A stretch of DNA of 64,000 bases from Amoebophrya sp. A120 (taxonomy: Eukaryota > Protista > Dinoflagellata). The translations under genes and the position numbers were made by a program. The notes under the pieces were generated by a model, which was given only the letters and a program-made list of their open reading frames with translations, did no database searches and was not told where the DNA came from. The stretch spans positions 204,289 through 268,288 of the forward strand of contig CAJINV010000026.1 in assembly GCA_905178155.1 (NCBI GenBank), in the 5' to 3' direction. Positions within the stretch are counted from its first letter, which is position 1. Each line of letters opens with the position of its first letter. Below, piece after piece: positions 22,877 through 34,869 of this stretch.

Positions 22877-25197
22877 TGGCTTCCGCGGGGGGCCTCGGAC
22901 AAACTGGGGCCGGCAGCCTCTTCGCGGCTTCGCCGCCTCCTCCTCGCGGTGTCTGCGTCAGTTGCTTGCGCAGGCAGTGGAGGCGCCGGCAAATCTAATG
23001 CCCCGATCGCGTTCCCGCGTCCGCTGTTTCGAAGAACAAGTCCAGACTCTTGGCCATCTGCACCGCCGGTTCGCAAGCCGCGGGGGCATCATCTTGGACT
23101 GCATCACGCTGCGCGTTTTGCATCTGCAGCAAGTACCAGACGACCAGCACTGCCGTTTCTACGGAAGCATTCGAAGTAGTGTGGAGACGTCGCAGCTACG
23201 GATGACGTTGACGAGACAAAGTGTTATAATACTCGCCGTGGCGCTACAGTCGCACTACCCGCTCGCTTGCTAACTGTACTCTCCTGGAGCTCCCGTAACT
23301 CGAGTTGCAACCTCTCTCTTGTGCAGATTCACACTATAAATAGGATGTATGTCCTCTTTTTCCTGTCAAGTCTGGTAGGTAGCGTTCACTCATTGATTGA
23401 AGTTTAGCATGATGGGCCCACTCCGTGTTGTTTTCAAAGAAGTATAGTACGAGCTGCACAGCACACACAGAACAACACACCACGTATTCTTCGAAAAATG
23501 CGGCCCTCATCAAGCGCCTTGGCGCGTCATGAAAGCGTCTGCACAATGAGGGCAATGAAAAGTTTTTTTACGATCGACATCGAAACTCAGCGGTCCACAG
23601 AAGTTGGTTGTGAAAATAAGCTGTTCGTTGCGAAGGCACTTCCAGGTGCCAAGATTTTCGTCGCACTTGCGAGAATGCTTTACTCGCTTAGCCAAAATCA
23701 TTCAGAAGTTACAAGTCATTTTTTTTCCAGGTGCATCAAAGATATCATCTTACAAGCGCAGACTTGGTGCTCAAATTGACAGAAAGAGAGAGGAAAGCAA
23801 AGATCTTTCTCAGATCCTTTGACGTTTTGATACAGAATAAAAAAGTAAAAGTTCGCGTATAAAAATTCAGATTCACAAGTTCTGGTTTTCAGCATTCATC
23901 ACCACCCGGGTCTCACCCGCAAAGCTGTTTCGTGTTCATCCAGCAACAACGCATCGCGCCGACGGTAGAAGCTGGTTTGATGAAGGTCGGTTTTTGTCCC
24001 CGGCATGTAACTACCTGGGCATGATGACATCTTCAACAACGCAGCTCCTTGTAGTACACTGACAATCACGATACCAAGTAGCCAATAGTAGATTTTTTTT
24101 TCAGAGGTGCTTTGCAGGTTTAGGTTCGGATTGGTCAATCTTATACATCATGAAAAAGATACATTCAAGCTGTACCTGTAGTTCGTCGCCTGTCTATTTC
24201 GGGTCCGTACTCTTGTTTTCTTGCTGCACATCGGGGTTGTTCCGCCAAAACCGGGCGGGAACGCGAACTCTTATCCGAACTAAAGGCTTTTTCACGTTCA
24301 CAGCTTCAGCCTTGGCAATTTGCGATATGCTGTACTCACTTACTGCCCTGGTCAGAGCTCCTCATTCAACGGAGACTTGTGGGTACTATAGTTGTCAAGA
24401 ATGCAGAGTGCTGCTAGCTATACATGAGCCACGCAGTGAGTAGTAAGTACTCTTACTACCGCAGAGGTACCGCTGCAGGTGCAGTGAGGATCTCTGCATT
24501 GCAGGACAGAATCAATAAGAGTGAAAACGACTTTCGTGCGGATAGAGTTCAGGTTCGGCATCTGCAGTCCACCACTGGACAATGACGTCAGAGGCAGACC
24601 CGCACCGGTGATGGTTATGCTCGTGCAGAAAATAAATATTGAGCTGGCATCCACCGATTTATTTCCGCAAAGATTCAAAATGAAGTTCATGTCGCATACA
24701 TGTCAGGTGTCTACCGAATCCCAAGATCACGTCATCAAGTCCTTCTGTTTTATGCATGACAACGACAAGCTGCTATTGCTCTAGTACAATTTTCCTGCAC
24801 GATACTACCGGAGAAGAGCGAGTTCGAAGAAGTGGTTGTAGCATAGGTTGTGGTAGAACTGGCGGACGAAGCGGGGATAACAATATGCTTTGCAAAAATA
24901 TGATATGATCACCACAGAGCACGCCAACTCATATTTATACGGGCTTTGACAAACTTTTTTTTCGATTTCGGTGCAAAGGAATCAGCTTTCTAAAAATGTC
25001 TTTAATCACAAAAATGCATCATGCCCCTGCGTGTCTTCGGGATCATGAAGTGTATTGCGCAAACGGATAAACACTCCCCTGCGTGGTCGTCGTGGGCAGA
25101 CCTGTTAGTAGCAGTGGTGTTCTTGGAGTTGGAGTTGTAAGCGTCTATGTCTGTACATGACAACAGCTTCGGTGTTTCATGCACTGTTAATGTTAAT

Positions 25198-27422
25198 CTA
25201 CTCCTGGTCAGCAAAATGCAACGATCTCATCGTCTTCAAATCAACAACGGCCAAATTTAGTATACCGGGGAAGGACGCGGAACTGTGGACGGAGTCCTTC
25301 GTGGAAGTAGTTGTGGCGGTATGCATGGCAAATATGTCTGGGTCTGGAAGATAGCGAGATTTGTCATGCTAGTCTGGGACATGCCTCGGAGCTCTGTATC
25401 GTGTATGGCCGTTGGAAGAGTTCCTCTGGTCTGTCATACAAAAACGCAGTTTCTCATGCGAACCACACGACACAGAGCCACGAAAAAAGAAAAACTTGTT
25501 ATGCATGGCGGTGCATTACGGTATGCTTATCTACTGTGCATCACAACTTTCCAGATTCAGACGTGAGTGTTTGCCCTTGATACTACGACGTTGCCCCCTT
25601 GCTGGAGGAAGCCGCGGGCGCCAGCACATCTTCGATGGACAGTTTGAGCGTCAACGCCGCCCTGTGGTCCGCCACGCGTCCTAGGATGGCGTGCTGGCCT
25701 CGGAACGTCGGTTTGTAACCCTCGCGGAGTCCCAAAGCCCTCAGCTTCACGCGGCCTTCAAAGACGTGGCCCGGTTCCTTGTGCACGTCTTTATTGCGAG
25801 GAAAAATCCCCCCTCCCCATATCGATAAGGCACGCCTCAGAAAATTTGTCATGCTGATTTGTGACCACAAATCGCATCTGTGATGCAAGAAAGCAACGCC
25901 ACAGGCTCCGCCCCATCATTCAGGCGGTTTGTAATGCTGGTGGGCCTACAGCATAGACGTTCGCCATGCTAAGTGCCTAGGCCAAAACCTCTCGACTCCG
26001 GCAGGATATGGGCCTGCAGTCCTCTAATTTGTGGTCACAAATCAGCATCACAAATTTCGCTTTCGATATGGGGAGGGGGGAATTCTCCTTACGATAGTCT
26101 TCCAGGCGGATTCTGGCCCCGTACAGCGGCTCGTCGCGGCCGAAACCATGGCGCGCGGGCAGCCGCGTATGAATTGCAAAAGTGTCTGGGTCTGGAAGAA
26201 TGCCAGACTTCTCATGCAGGTTTTCCATGACCCATGAGGTCTGGCATGCAGGACACAGCAGGCCAGATTCTGTGATGAAAGTTCTATCATGCTTATCTTG
26301 CATGAGAAACTCCCCCCAAACTTGGTCGAAAGTGGACTGCCTTTGGCCCTCATGCAACAGAGATTTCTGCATGATCCAGATTTAACATGACAAGTTGCAA
26401 TCTTCCAGACCCAGACATTTTTGCAATCCATATCCCGGGCAAATAAACTTGCACAAGTTCACCATGTCCCAGGAGACGAACACCCCCAACTCCGCATCCT
26501 GCAGGTCGAAGAAGGCAAAGCGCTGAAAGCCCATGATGGTGGTTCTGCCCGCGTCTTCCTTCATGATGAGCGCGATGCTCTTCTTCGGGTAGTAATGGTC
26601 CGACTCGTCAAAGTTCGCGGCCGGTAGTGGGATGAACTCCGTTATAGCGTTCTCAAACGTTACATTCTCAACTGTTACATGAAATTTGTCATGCAAGAAC
26701 GGCAAAAGTGAAAGGGAAAAGCAAAGGTTGGCGGGCCTTTTGCTTTACAGCCAGGTTTGGAGCAGATTAAAACGCTATCTAGTCCGTCGAGAAGTTGTGA
26801 TGCGGAGAAGGCTTGACCGTCGTGTACAGAGCGATAGTGTTTTTGCATGACAAATCATGTACTAACAATTGAGGACGTAACCTTTGAGAACGCCATATCC
26901 GTCCGCAGATGCTCCGGGTCCGGGCCCTCGTCGTACCCTTCAAAATCAAAGTCCTCCTCGTACCACTCGTCGCTCTGGTTGATGTACTCCTGGATCGGGA
27001 GCAGCTGGTCGAGGTTGTGCACGTCCAGCACCTGTGAAATGCAAATATGTCTGGGTCTGGAAACTCGTGATGCTGGGTGGTATATCATGAGGAGGCAGCA
27101 AGTGCTGGCTCAGCATGACAAGTTTCTGAGCTTCTAGGTGTAGCAAGTAGCCTATTGATTCTGCATGACACACTACTGCGTTTCTGCATGACAGAAAAAT
27201 GGGGCTCTTGGGTAACTACGTGCATGACAGATTTAAGAGTCATGCCAGACAAGCATGACAAACGTGCACTCTTCTAGATCCAGACATTTTTGCAGTTGAT
27301 AGCACCTCCGCTACCAACCGGTATCGGGGAGGTTCATCCGCCGTCTGCTGCTGCTTGCGGTCCGGCTCAGGATCGACCGGAGATTCTACTTGATGTTTCC
27401 CGAACCCCGGTGTGTCACTCAT
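25198..27422 (-). CDS. Hypothetical protein (~280 aa), 6 exons, 5 introners
   Basis: MSDTPGFGK...RLVAEVLDVHNLDQLLPIQEYI...HLRTEFIPLP...KFICPGLPARHG...RLEDVHKEPG...LHFADQE*; 843 nt = 281 codons. Confidence 0.65.
25320..25582. mobile_element. Introner family A (degenerate)
   Basis: Family A TIR with degenerate right end; flanks GGCGG/CTACG; frame restored by removing element+5 nt. Confidence 0.75.
25792..26096. mobile_element. Introner family C
   Basis: Family C TIR; DR GTCTT/GTCTT. Confidence 0.88.
26168..26432. mobile_element. Introner family A
   Basis: Family A TIR; degenerate DR CCGCG/TCCCG. Confidence 0.85.
26643..26897. mobile_element. Introner family F
   Basis: TIR TAT.GCGTTCTCAAA.GTTAC; DR TCCGT/TCCGT. 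Confidence 0.88.
27033..27301. mobile_element. Introner family A
   Basis: Family A TIR; DR GCACC/GCACC. Confidence 0.9.
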
Positions 27423-28124
27423 CTTACTCAGCAGTGACGTCCGTCCTACGGGTGGCTGACTCGAGAGCCGCACCTGGAAATATTAAACGATACTGTGGAA
27501 TAAGATACTGCATAATTTAAATTCGCCATCAAAAAAATTCATATGAAGGTGGTTCGACTTATTAGGTTAATGTCCATACCGTTCTTGACGACGGGATTCT
27601 ACTGGAAGCGGGTCCGGGACTCCCCGGCGCGGACTCGTCGAAGACCTCGTCGCCCATCAGACTCGGTGAGTCCTCATCATGTCCAGCTACCCCGCCTTCT
27701 AGGCGCGCAAACTATGACGTAGAAAACCATCGGCGCTCCAAGTTTGTCATGCATCAAACACAACACGGACACATGAAAACTTTGTGTGCGAACTATGCGC
27801 TCCTGTTATTGAAATAATTCCTCATGCTTTACTATTACTAATCACCGTGTGTTTTATTGCGGTACCAGCGCAATCTGGGTTTTGTGTAGGTCGAGCTCGA
27901 GCATGTTGGAATGCTGCATGACAAACTTGCCAAGGAGTCCGAACACATTGTCCATGTCATAGTATCACACTGGCAAAATACTGTTTTGCTTCCGCGGCCG
28001 CTCCCCGAAACACTTTGCAGGCGTCGAAAAACCTGTTTTGACGTTCGATTTTGCTTTTTTGAAAGATGTTCGTGCTTCGCAAAGGTAAGAGGACATGGAC
28101 GCTTGTTCATTCCGCATTCTTGGT

Positions 28125-28844
28125 TCACACGCTAGTTGTGTTTTTCATTTTCTCGATTAAAGCAAAATTTTGTAGTTGGTAAAAAAACAAACAAGCACTA
28201 TACTCTGCTTTCATCATGCTGTCGATCGCATCCCGCGCAGCCTGGATCATTTCCAGAATTCTGGAGTTGCCCACGTCTTGAAAGCGACTCAGTGCCTCGT
28301 CGCACAGACTCCGCTTGCCCTTTAAGTCGCGATAGGTTTCCATCTTGTCCACCAGCTCCGCCGCCTCGGGGTCCTCGAGTTTGCTGACCAGCTCGCGGAG
28401 CTGGTGCACCATTTCCTCGTATTTGCGCAATCCGCCGGCAAGGTCCGCTGTCTTGTGCGCAAATTCCGCCTTCTCGTCCACCTGTTTCAATTCCCCCCGC
28501 AACTCGTCCAGCTTCCGGTGGAGCTCCGTGACCTCGGCCGCCTGGTGTGCCTTCTGGGTAGTGAGCTGTTCTTCCAGACGACGCACCTGTTCTTTCAGCA
28601 CCTGCTTCTCCTGTTCGACAGCCTCGACCCGGTCCTCCGTTTTCGCGGCTTGCTGCCGCCGGTGGTCCGAATCCGTGTTGAAATCGGCGCGGACGTCCGC
28701 CATCACCTGCTTCAACTCATCGAGGTCCTCTCTCACGCCCTGGAGGCCGCGACTCACTTTGCTCGGCCCAAACATCTTCCTGTCGCCGTTCTTCACGAGG
28801 TGCGCGTCGCTGCGAGTTGTAGCTGCGAAGTGAGACAAGGGCAA
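28125..28844 (-). CDS. Intronless coiled-coil protein (~215-239 aa)
   Basis: Long ORF with heptad-like E/Q/K/L pattern (EDLDELKQVMADV...EQEKQVLKEQVRRLEEQL...ELHRKLDELRGELKQV). Confidence 0.5.
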   Translation of the reverse strand: MPLSHFAATTRSDAHLVKNGDRKMFGPSKVSRGLQGVREDLDELKQVMADVRADFNTDSDHRRQQAAKTEDRVEAVEQEKQVLKEQVRRLEEQLTTQKAHQAAEVTELHRKLDELRGELKQVDEKAEFAHKTADLAGGLRKYEEMVHQLRELVSKLEDPEAAELVDKMETYRDLKGKRSLCDEALSRFQDVGNSRILEMIQAARDAIDSMMKAEYSACLFFYQLQNFALIEKMKNTTSV

Positions 28845-31800
28845 CTCGAGACGAGGGACAGGTACTATTGCAGGACGGGTCGTTCAACGCCGCGATCTGT
28901 ACTAGACAGAGGTTGAAGGTCGATAACGAGGTGCGGATGAATGCTGGATAGTTTCAAATCTGAATTTCTTCTAATCGGCTGCTCCTCTCCCGTGACATAT
29001 ACACTAAAATCTATGCTGTCACAGGCTTCTGTCTTGCGGAGATGGATTATTGACCGTTGACTAGTACAGCGAGGTGCGGGGTCGAAGAAAGATGTTGGGT
29101 AGTTAACAGTTAGCAACGCCGGTTACTTACCTATCACTACACCTGGTCCTTTTTTTCAAAAACCGTCAAAGCTGTTGTAGATCTTCTTCTGCTGCGACCA
29201 TGGCCATTTTGTTGGCCATTTGAACCTCAAAAACGAAGTGAAAATCAAAAACCATCATGAGCAGATTTGAAAAACGAAAGCGAAGCAACGACCACACACT
29301 CGCAAGAAATACTAAGTAAGCACATCAATTTGCGATATTTTTATGGCGCGAAAAAAATAAACGACATCTACAGCTCTACTTATGGCACAAAAAACGAAAA
29401 CCGAAGGAGCGACAAGATGGTGCGATTTTATGCGATTTGTGTTGTTGTAGCAGCGAAAGTTTTGGCGAGATTTGCTTCTCGCAGGCGAGATGATGAACAA
29501 GAACACGCAATCGTGGTATCTCACTTCTTACTGCGCTAGACCTGACAACGCTAACAATAAAAAAACTTTTCTTTCATACCTCCGACAAGCCATATCTTGC
29601 AATTTTTCTTGTGTACAGTCCAGTCATTCTTGAATGTCTTGCAATTTTTCTTCAACGCAATCTTGTGTACAGAAATGAAGCACCAAAAACGATTCCAAAT
29701 AAAATTCGAAGTACAATTTAATTTTTCTTGTCTCCTTCGAGCTGGACGAGCTCCCACAAGTCGCCTAGTGCTCCTTGCAGATTTTGGACCTCGCTGAACA
29801 GGTACAAGCAGAGCACCGCAAGTACCAAGTTCACGACAATTAAAAAAATCTTTCCGCAGTCCAATGTCTCCCTCTCCACCTCGTCCGGCTTTCGCGCACC
29901 CCGTGCCGACTTCCTCGCTCCCTCCAGGTGGATAATTATCTTATGCACAATGGGCAAGATTATACCATCATCTTCTGCTAAAAGTAAAACGTGCTTAGTG
30001 CTGGCAGTGGCGTTTCAAATCCCATACTAATTGCCTACACAGCACAAACGAAACGAATGCAACACAAACATATTTATACTTGTCACGAGTGCTTTCTTCT
30101 CACTTCTTCAGCACGACCTGCACCTGCAATGCAAGCAAGCAACCAATACAACAGTGGATGAGATGAGGTAAAGTTACTTGGGATATCTTGTTTGGAGGTC
30201 CCCCAGGATGACGGCAACCTGGTTCTTCATCTCCTCCGTGTCCGCCGCCATCCCGAGGACCTCGTCTCTCGTTTCGCTGGGAGCAGTCATTTAAAAAGGT
30301 TTTGCTCACGAAAAAATCTTTGCAACAGCCACACGCTGCGACCGGCAATTTTCAGGTATGAAGTCGTATTCTTATTCAGCAACTGTGATATCCGTAAAGC
30401 CAAGTGCGACATGAATCAGAAGTCACCTGTAAATGTACACGACACACGACCTGCAGAACCAGAAAAAGGCCGACATTCAAAATTTCGACATGCCCAATAC
30501 GACGAGCCCAACGCGACGTATCTATAGGAATGCAGCAGGAGTCAATCACAGATATGTTCGATCGGAAAAGCTACTAAAGCGACAGGAAATCAGGCGTGCG
30601 ACCTTCCTCAACGTTCCAACGAAAAACTTCGGAGCTTCGCCCCCAAACGACCCGCTGCATAATTTCTTCCTGGACGACAAGTGGTAGGTCCAACATCAAT
30701 CGGATCTACCATCAACAACGAAGAGACGTTTGTCTTCATACCAAGAGCTGCCAACGATGACACGCGGACTGCGGAACAGCACATCGTCGTAAAACGAATG
30801 TGCCACTTTTCAAACATGAAGTACCGGCACGAGCATGTTGCACGACTCAGTCCTTGTCATCAAGCCTGGAACTTACGATCAAGGTCGGCAATCACACGAT
30901 GCAACCACGAACGGAATAAAGGACACCTGACCTTGTATGTTTGGTTGCTTTCCTCCAACGTCTGTGAACAAAGGAACGCGTTCTTCTATGTGTGAATAGG
31001 AATTGGCTATTGTACTTTCGGTGGCTGTAGTTGAGTTTCATCCTCGTGCTCGTCCAACGATTACGATTCAGTTTCAGGTACATTTCGATTGTGCAGCATG
31101 AAAAATTATGAAATCTTGGTCCGTGAAGCCCATAATTGATTTTAGGTTTATGCCGAGAAGCAGTTATCAAGAGCCCATTGATTTATGAATTTCAATTTTA
31201 CATGCTAGCAGTTGCTCGGTGTATTTGCTGTTGTTCCTGCTTCTTTTTATACTGGTGCTGTAATGCTTTACCAACTGTGTAGGCTTTGAGCGTGCGTGAA
31301 ACGGTGTCGGTAGATTTATTAATATCTACATTTACTGTTGCGTAATACTGACTTTCCCTTATCAGCACATCAAAAATTATCTTGTGTACTACTCTTATCG
31401 ATGCCGACGTGCTTAGTCCTCCCTTTGTCAGTGCGAGAATAAAGAAAGTAAAAAACTGATTGAAAAAAAAGAAAAAGCCCAAACATAACTACTTTTTTAT
31501 CTTTTCCGAGATAGAGCTGTATCTTGAAGCGCGAACAAGCCGAACTACAATTACTTTTTTCACCCCACAACTTTCTCGCAACCCGACATCTCCAATCTGG
31601 ACGGTTCACGACCATCCCATCCAGGCCGTCCACCCCTGCTGGTCCTTATCGTTCTCAGGTTTTCCAGCATCCACTATTTCGTCTTTGTTCAGCATGTGCT
31701 GGCCGGTGGTCAAAGCAGACTCACTGTTCCGCGCTGGATCCGACTGTTCCATTTTGGGTGCGGAGGGTTCGTTGGGGCTGGAGGCGGCGTCCGAGCCGTG

Positions 31801-33821
31801 CGTCTGTTGTTTTCCCAGCGCCTTTTTCTTTTCGATCAGAGCAGCCTGAGATTTGTTTGTTCTGAGTGTGTGATCATGATGACAGCCTTCTCAAGATTTT
31901 TTCATCTGGTTCAAAGATAAAAGTGGGTGCACGGAGCACCTTTCTATCTGACAGGAACCAACAAACGAATACCTTTATTTGCCCGTTAACTCGTGGTCTG
32001 TTCCAAGATGCCTGCTGGCGTTTCCAGGCCGCCGAAAAGTAGTCCGTCACGGCAGCGAAGTAAAACTATGCAGTGCAATGCGGCCCCAGAATCCGATAAA
32101 AATGCAGGTTTTCATATCGTGTGTAAGTAACCAGCTCATCACCGGTTTCGGTGACGGCGCCAGCACACGTGCAATACAAATTCGTCGCTCGGGCACAAAT
32201 TTCATGTAAGTAGATGACCGTAATTTCCCCCCCCTCTCCTATCAACTTCTACAACTCCTGCTCGACATATTTATTTAAAGCTGTACAGCTCGAGCCCAAG
32301 AAAAGCTGGGTATTTGTCAAAAAATCTAGTTGTAAGTGTCGGTCATGCACGTAAGAAGGAGCCCATCACCAGCAACAGACGAAAAGGAATGAAAACTGAA
32401 CTCGATATGACCAAGCTAATGAAGGACTATGGGACGTTGTGATTGCATAGGCCGCGAGAGACTGGAGCATGCGTGACAGAGAGGCCGTCCTGCAGTGCGG
32501 ACTTCTCATCATTTGCTTTTGCACCTGATTCGCTGCTGACTCCTCGACCCAGTTCCGGCTGCTCGCTGACGACCGCGCTCTCATTCAGTAGAGACGTGTT
32601 GAAAAGCGGCGCAGATTTGATGTCGAGCTCCACGTGTTGGAGTCCGGGGGTGCAGTATGATGTGGAGTTCCATGTGTTGTTGGGGTCCGGCGCACTACCG
32701 GTGCAATTGGCCGAGAGGCTCGATGTTTCGTTGTTCCATTCCAGGTACGATGTCCCGTTTGTGAGCGCTGGTTGTTTTTCGTTTTCATCAGTTTTTCCAA
32801 TGTCAATCTTTCTTTGCCTTTATTATATGCAAGTGCGCGTGGTCTGCATCACCAGAAAAAGCAAAGACCGCCCTTGCGCCATCACCATGAGTATGAGCAT
32901 GAAGCATTAGTTTTGCATGAGAAAAATAGTACCCTCAGTGGTACCACCCTGGTGGCCCGGCTTCTGGCCGGATTCCTTGTTCCCGAAAGTGAAAACCGCG
33001 AAAATATTAATCGAAAAAACTTCCCCAGGCAAGCTCGGACGAGTGCAGCTAGGGACGCATCAGATAAATTGGGAAAACTTGGGACTCCAAATGGCCACTG
33101 CCATTTCATGGATTCGAAGTTGCTTGCACTACCAGAAAGAAAGAGAGAAGAACGAAGTTGACGTGCATCGATTTTGAATGAAAATTCGACGACTTGTTCC
33201 TGCACTCCTCTTTGTAGTGCGCGGGGTGCGGGCTGAAGTTTTTGTTCTGGTAGAAGATAGTGACGGCCGCAGCGACGAGAAGTGTGGCCATGAAGGGAAA
33301 CTGTGCGTAGGTCCATTTTGGCGTCACCGGCAGGGCTTCTGCAGCGTCCGGCAGCGCTGCTGCAGCGTCCTCCTGCTGTTCCCCGTTCACTACTTTGCAA
33401 GCTCTCGCTATGCAGAAGTATCTCGCATGATCCGTCTTGTTTGTCACCATCCAGCGTCCATGTGGCGCCGTGTGGGCGAGGTATGAACTGCGAAATAACT
33501 TCCAGAACTCACCCCACGCACATTCAACTATGAATCTAAGATCATGCAAGAGCAAAAATCAAATCAATCTTTCATCAGCTAAAAAACCTTCATCTTTTGA
33601 GTGTGGAATTGGTTCTGGGAACACTCTGTACATCATACACAGTGCAGGCAATCCAAACCTCCCTTGCAATACGGCATATGCGAATTCAAGTTTGCAGTCC
33701 AACGAATATGCACAACAACAGTTTCGCGCGCTTGCATAAATTAAGTATTTCCTGCGCTGCTACAAAATCAACTTGATAGTGGAGGCACTATCAAGAAGAG
33801 GTAGTCGCACTTTTTTCCTTT

Positions 33822-34166
33822 TCATGAGGCACAGCCGACGAAGTGTAATACCACTGACGCTAGAAGCTTATGCACGAGTGCGGTTTGTTGTAGATGGTAC
33901 AGATCACAGAAAGTGCATCGGAACTTCTTCTTGGGCGCTGTTTTCTTCGACATTTTGTGCGATGTTTTGCTGGATGTTTTATTGGATCGTTTCATTTTGT
34001 TCTCCACCGACTTGGACCTGCCTCCTGCAGAAGAAACACCAGCCCGACGACCCGACTGCTTCTTCCCTACGGACACTGACGCATTCCTTGCCCTGGTCTT
34101 TTTGCTAGCCTTAGCACCCGTCGGCTTCTTCGATACTGGAACCGAGGCCCTTCTTGTCTTCTTCAT
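33822..34166 (-). CDS. Possible small basic K/S-rich protein with CxxC motif (may be a pseudogene)
   Basis: MKKTRRASVPVSKKPTGAKASKK...KKKFRCTFCDLYH; composition only. Confidence 0.25.
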   Translation of the reverse strand: MKKTRRASVPVSKKPTGAKASKKTRARNASVSVGKKQSGRRAGVSSAGGRSKSVENKMKRSNKTSSKTSHKMSKKTAPKKKFRCTFCDLYHLQQTALVHKLLASVVLHFVGCAS

Positions 34167-34869
34167 CGCGTCCTCCGCTATAAGAAGTTGAAGTAAGAAG
34201 TGGTGGCTGTCTTACTGAGATGTTGATGTTCCGCTCGGAAGGAGGTTTTATAAACTCAAAGCGGATTTCTCGCTTTTTATCGCCTCGGTTTCATCGGCTC
34301 CGGTGTCCGTGGCACGCAGCCGCAACTTTGCGGTGGCACGCTATCAGGACTGTGTTTGTTGGACTAGGTACTTACTCAAGTCCGCCGAAGTAGTGCGGGC
34401 ACTTTTTATTGCAAGCCACATACCGTGGGGCGCCACATCATTTCTTTCTACTTAGATTGCTTGCTCAGTTGTCCAGCTCCTCGAGATAGCCTGTTTCTCT
34501 TAGCGTCAGTATATCATCTGCACCCGGTGCTTCGGATCAATTTGATACAAAGTCACTCTACCTCTCCGCGCCAAGACCATTTGGAACTCCTTCGCACTCG
34601 TCTGTTGAAGGAATAGTGTAGGTATAGGCAGAGGGACTCTATCTGTCGTGTGCATTGCACCTTCTCTCTCAGTCGGTTCTCGTTGCAGTAAAATTGAAAA
34701 GCAAAAATGTTTGTAGCTGGGGGACCCAAGCCGGACCGTCGCGGGACCGCCACTAAGACAGCCAGGGTGGCATGATAGATTTTCCCTTCCGTCGCCATTC
34801 CATAGATATTGTGAGAATCGCAAGGAAGTGGGACCGTCGCGGAACTGTCACTAAGACTACTATCAGTCT

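Noticed and set aside
29198-29232. Possible relic of the dinoflagellate spliced leader (GCCATTTTG...CTCAA)
   Set aside because: Only a 9-nt match, on the strand opposite to all genes; equally explained as CAAAATGGC on the minus strand.
33822-34166. DVNP or histone H1 homologue
   Set aside because: K-rich composition only; no recognisable DVNP or H1 core motif.
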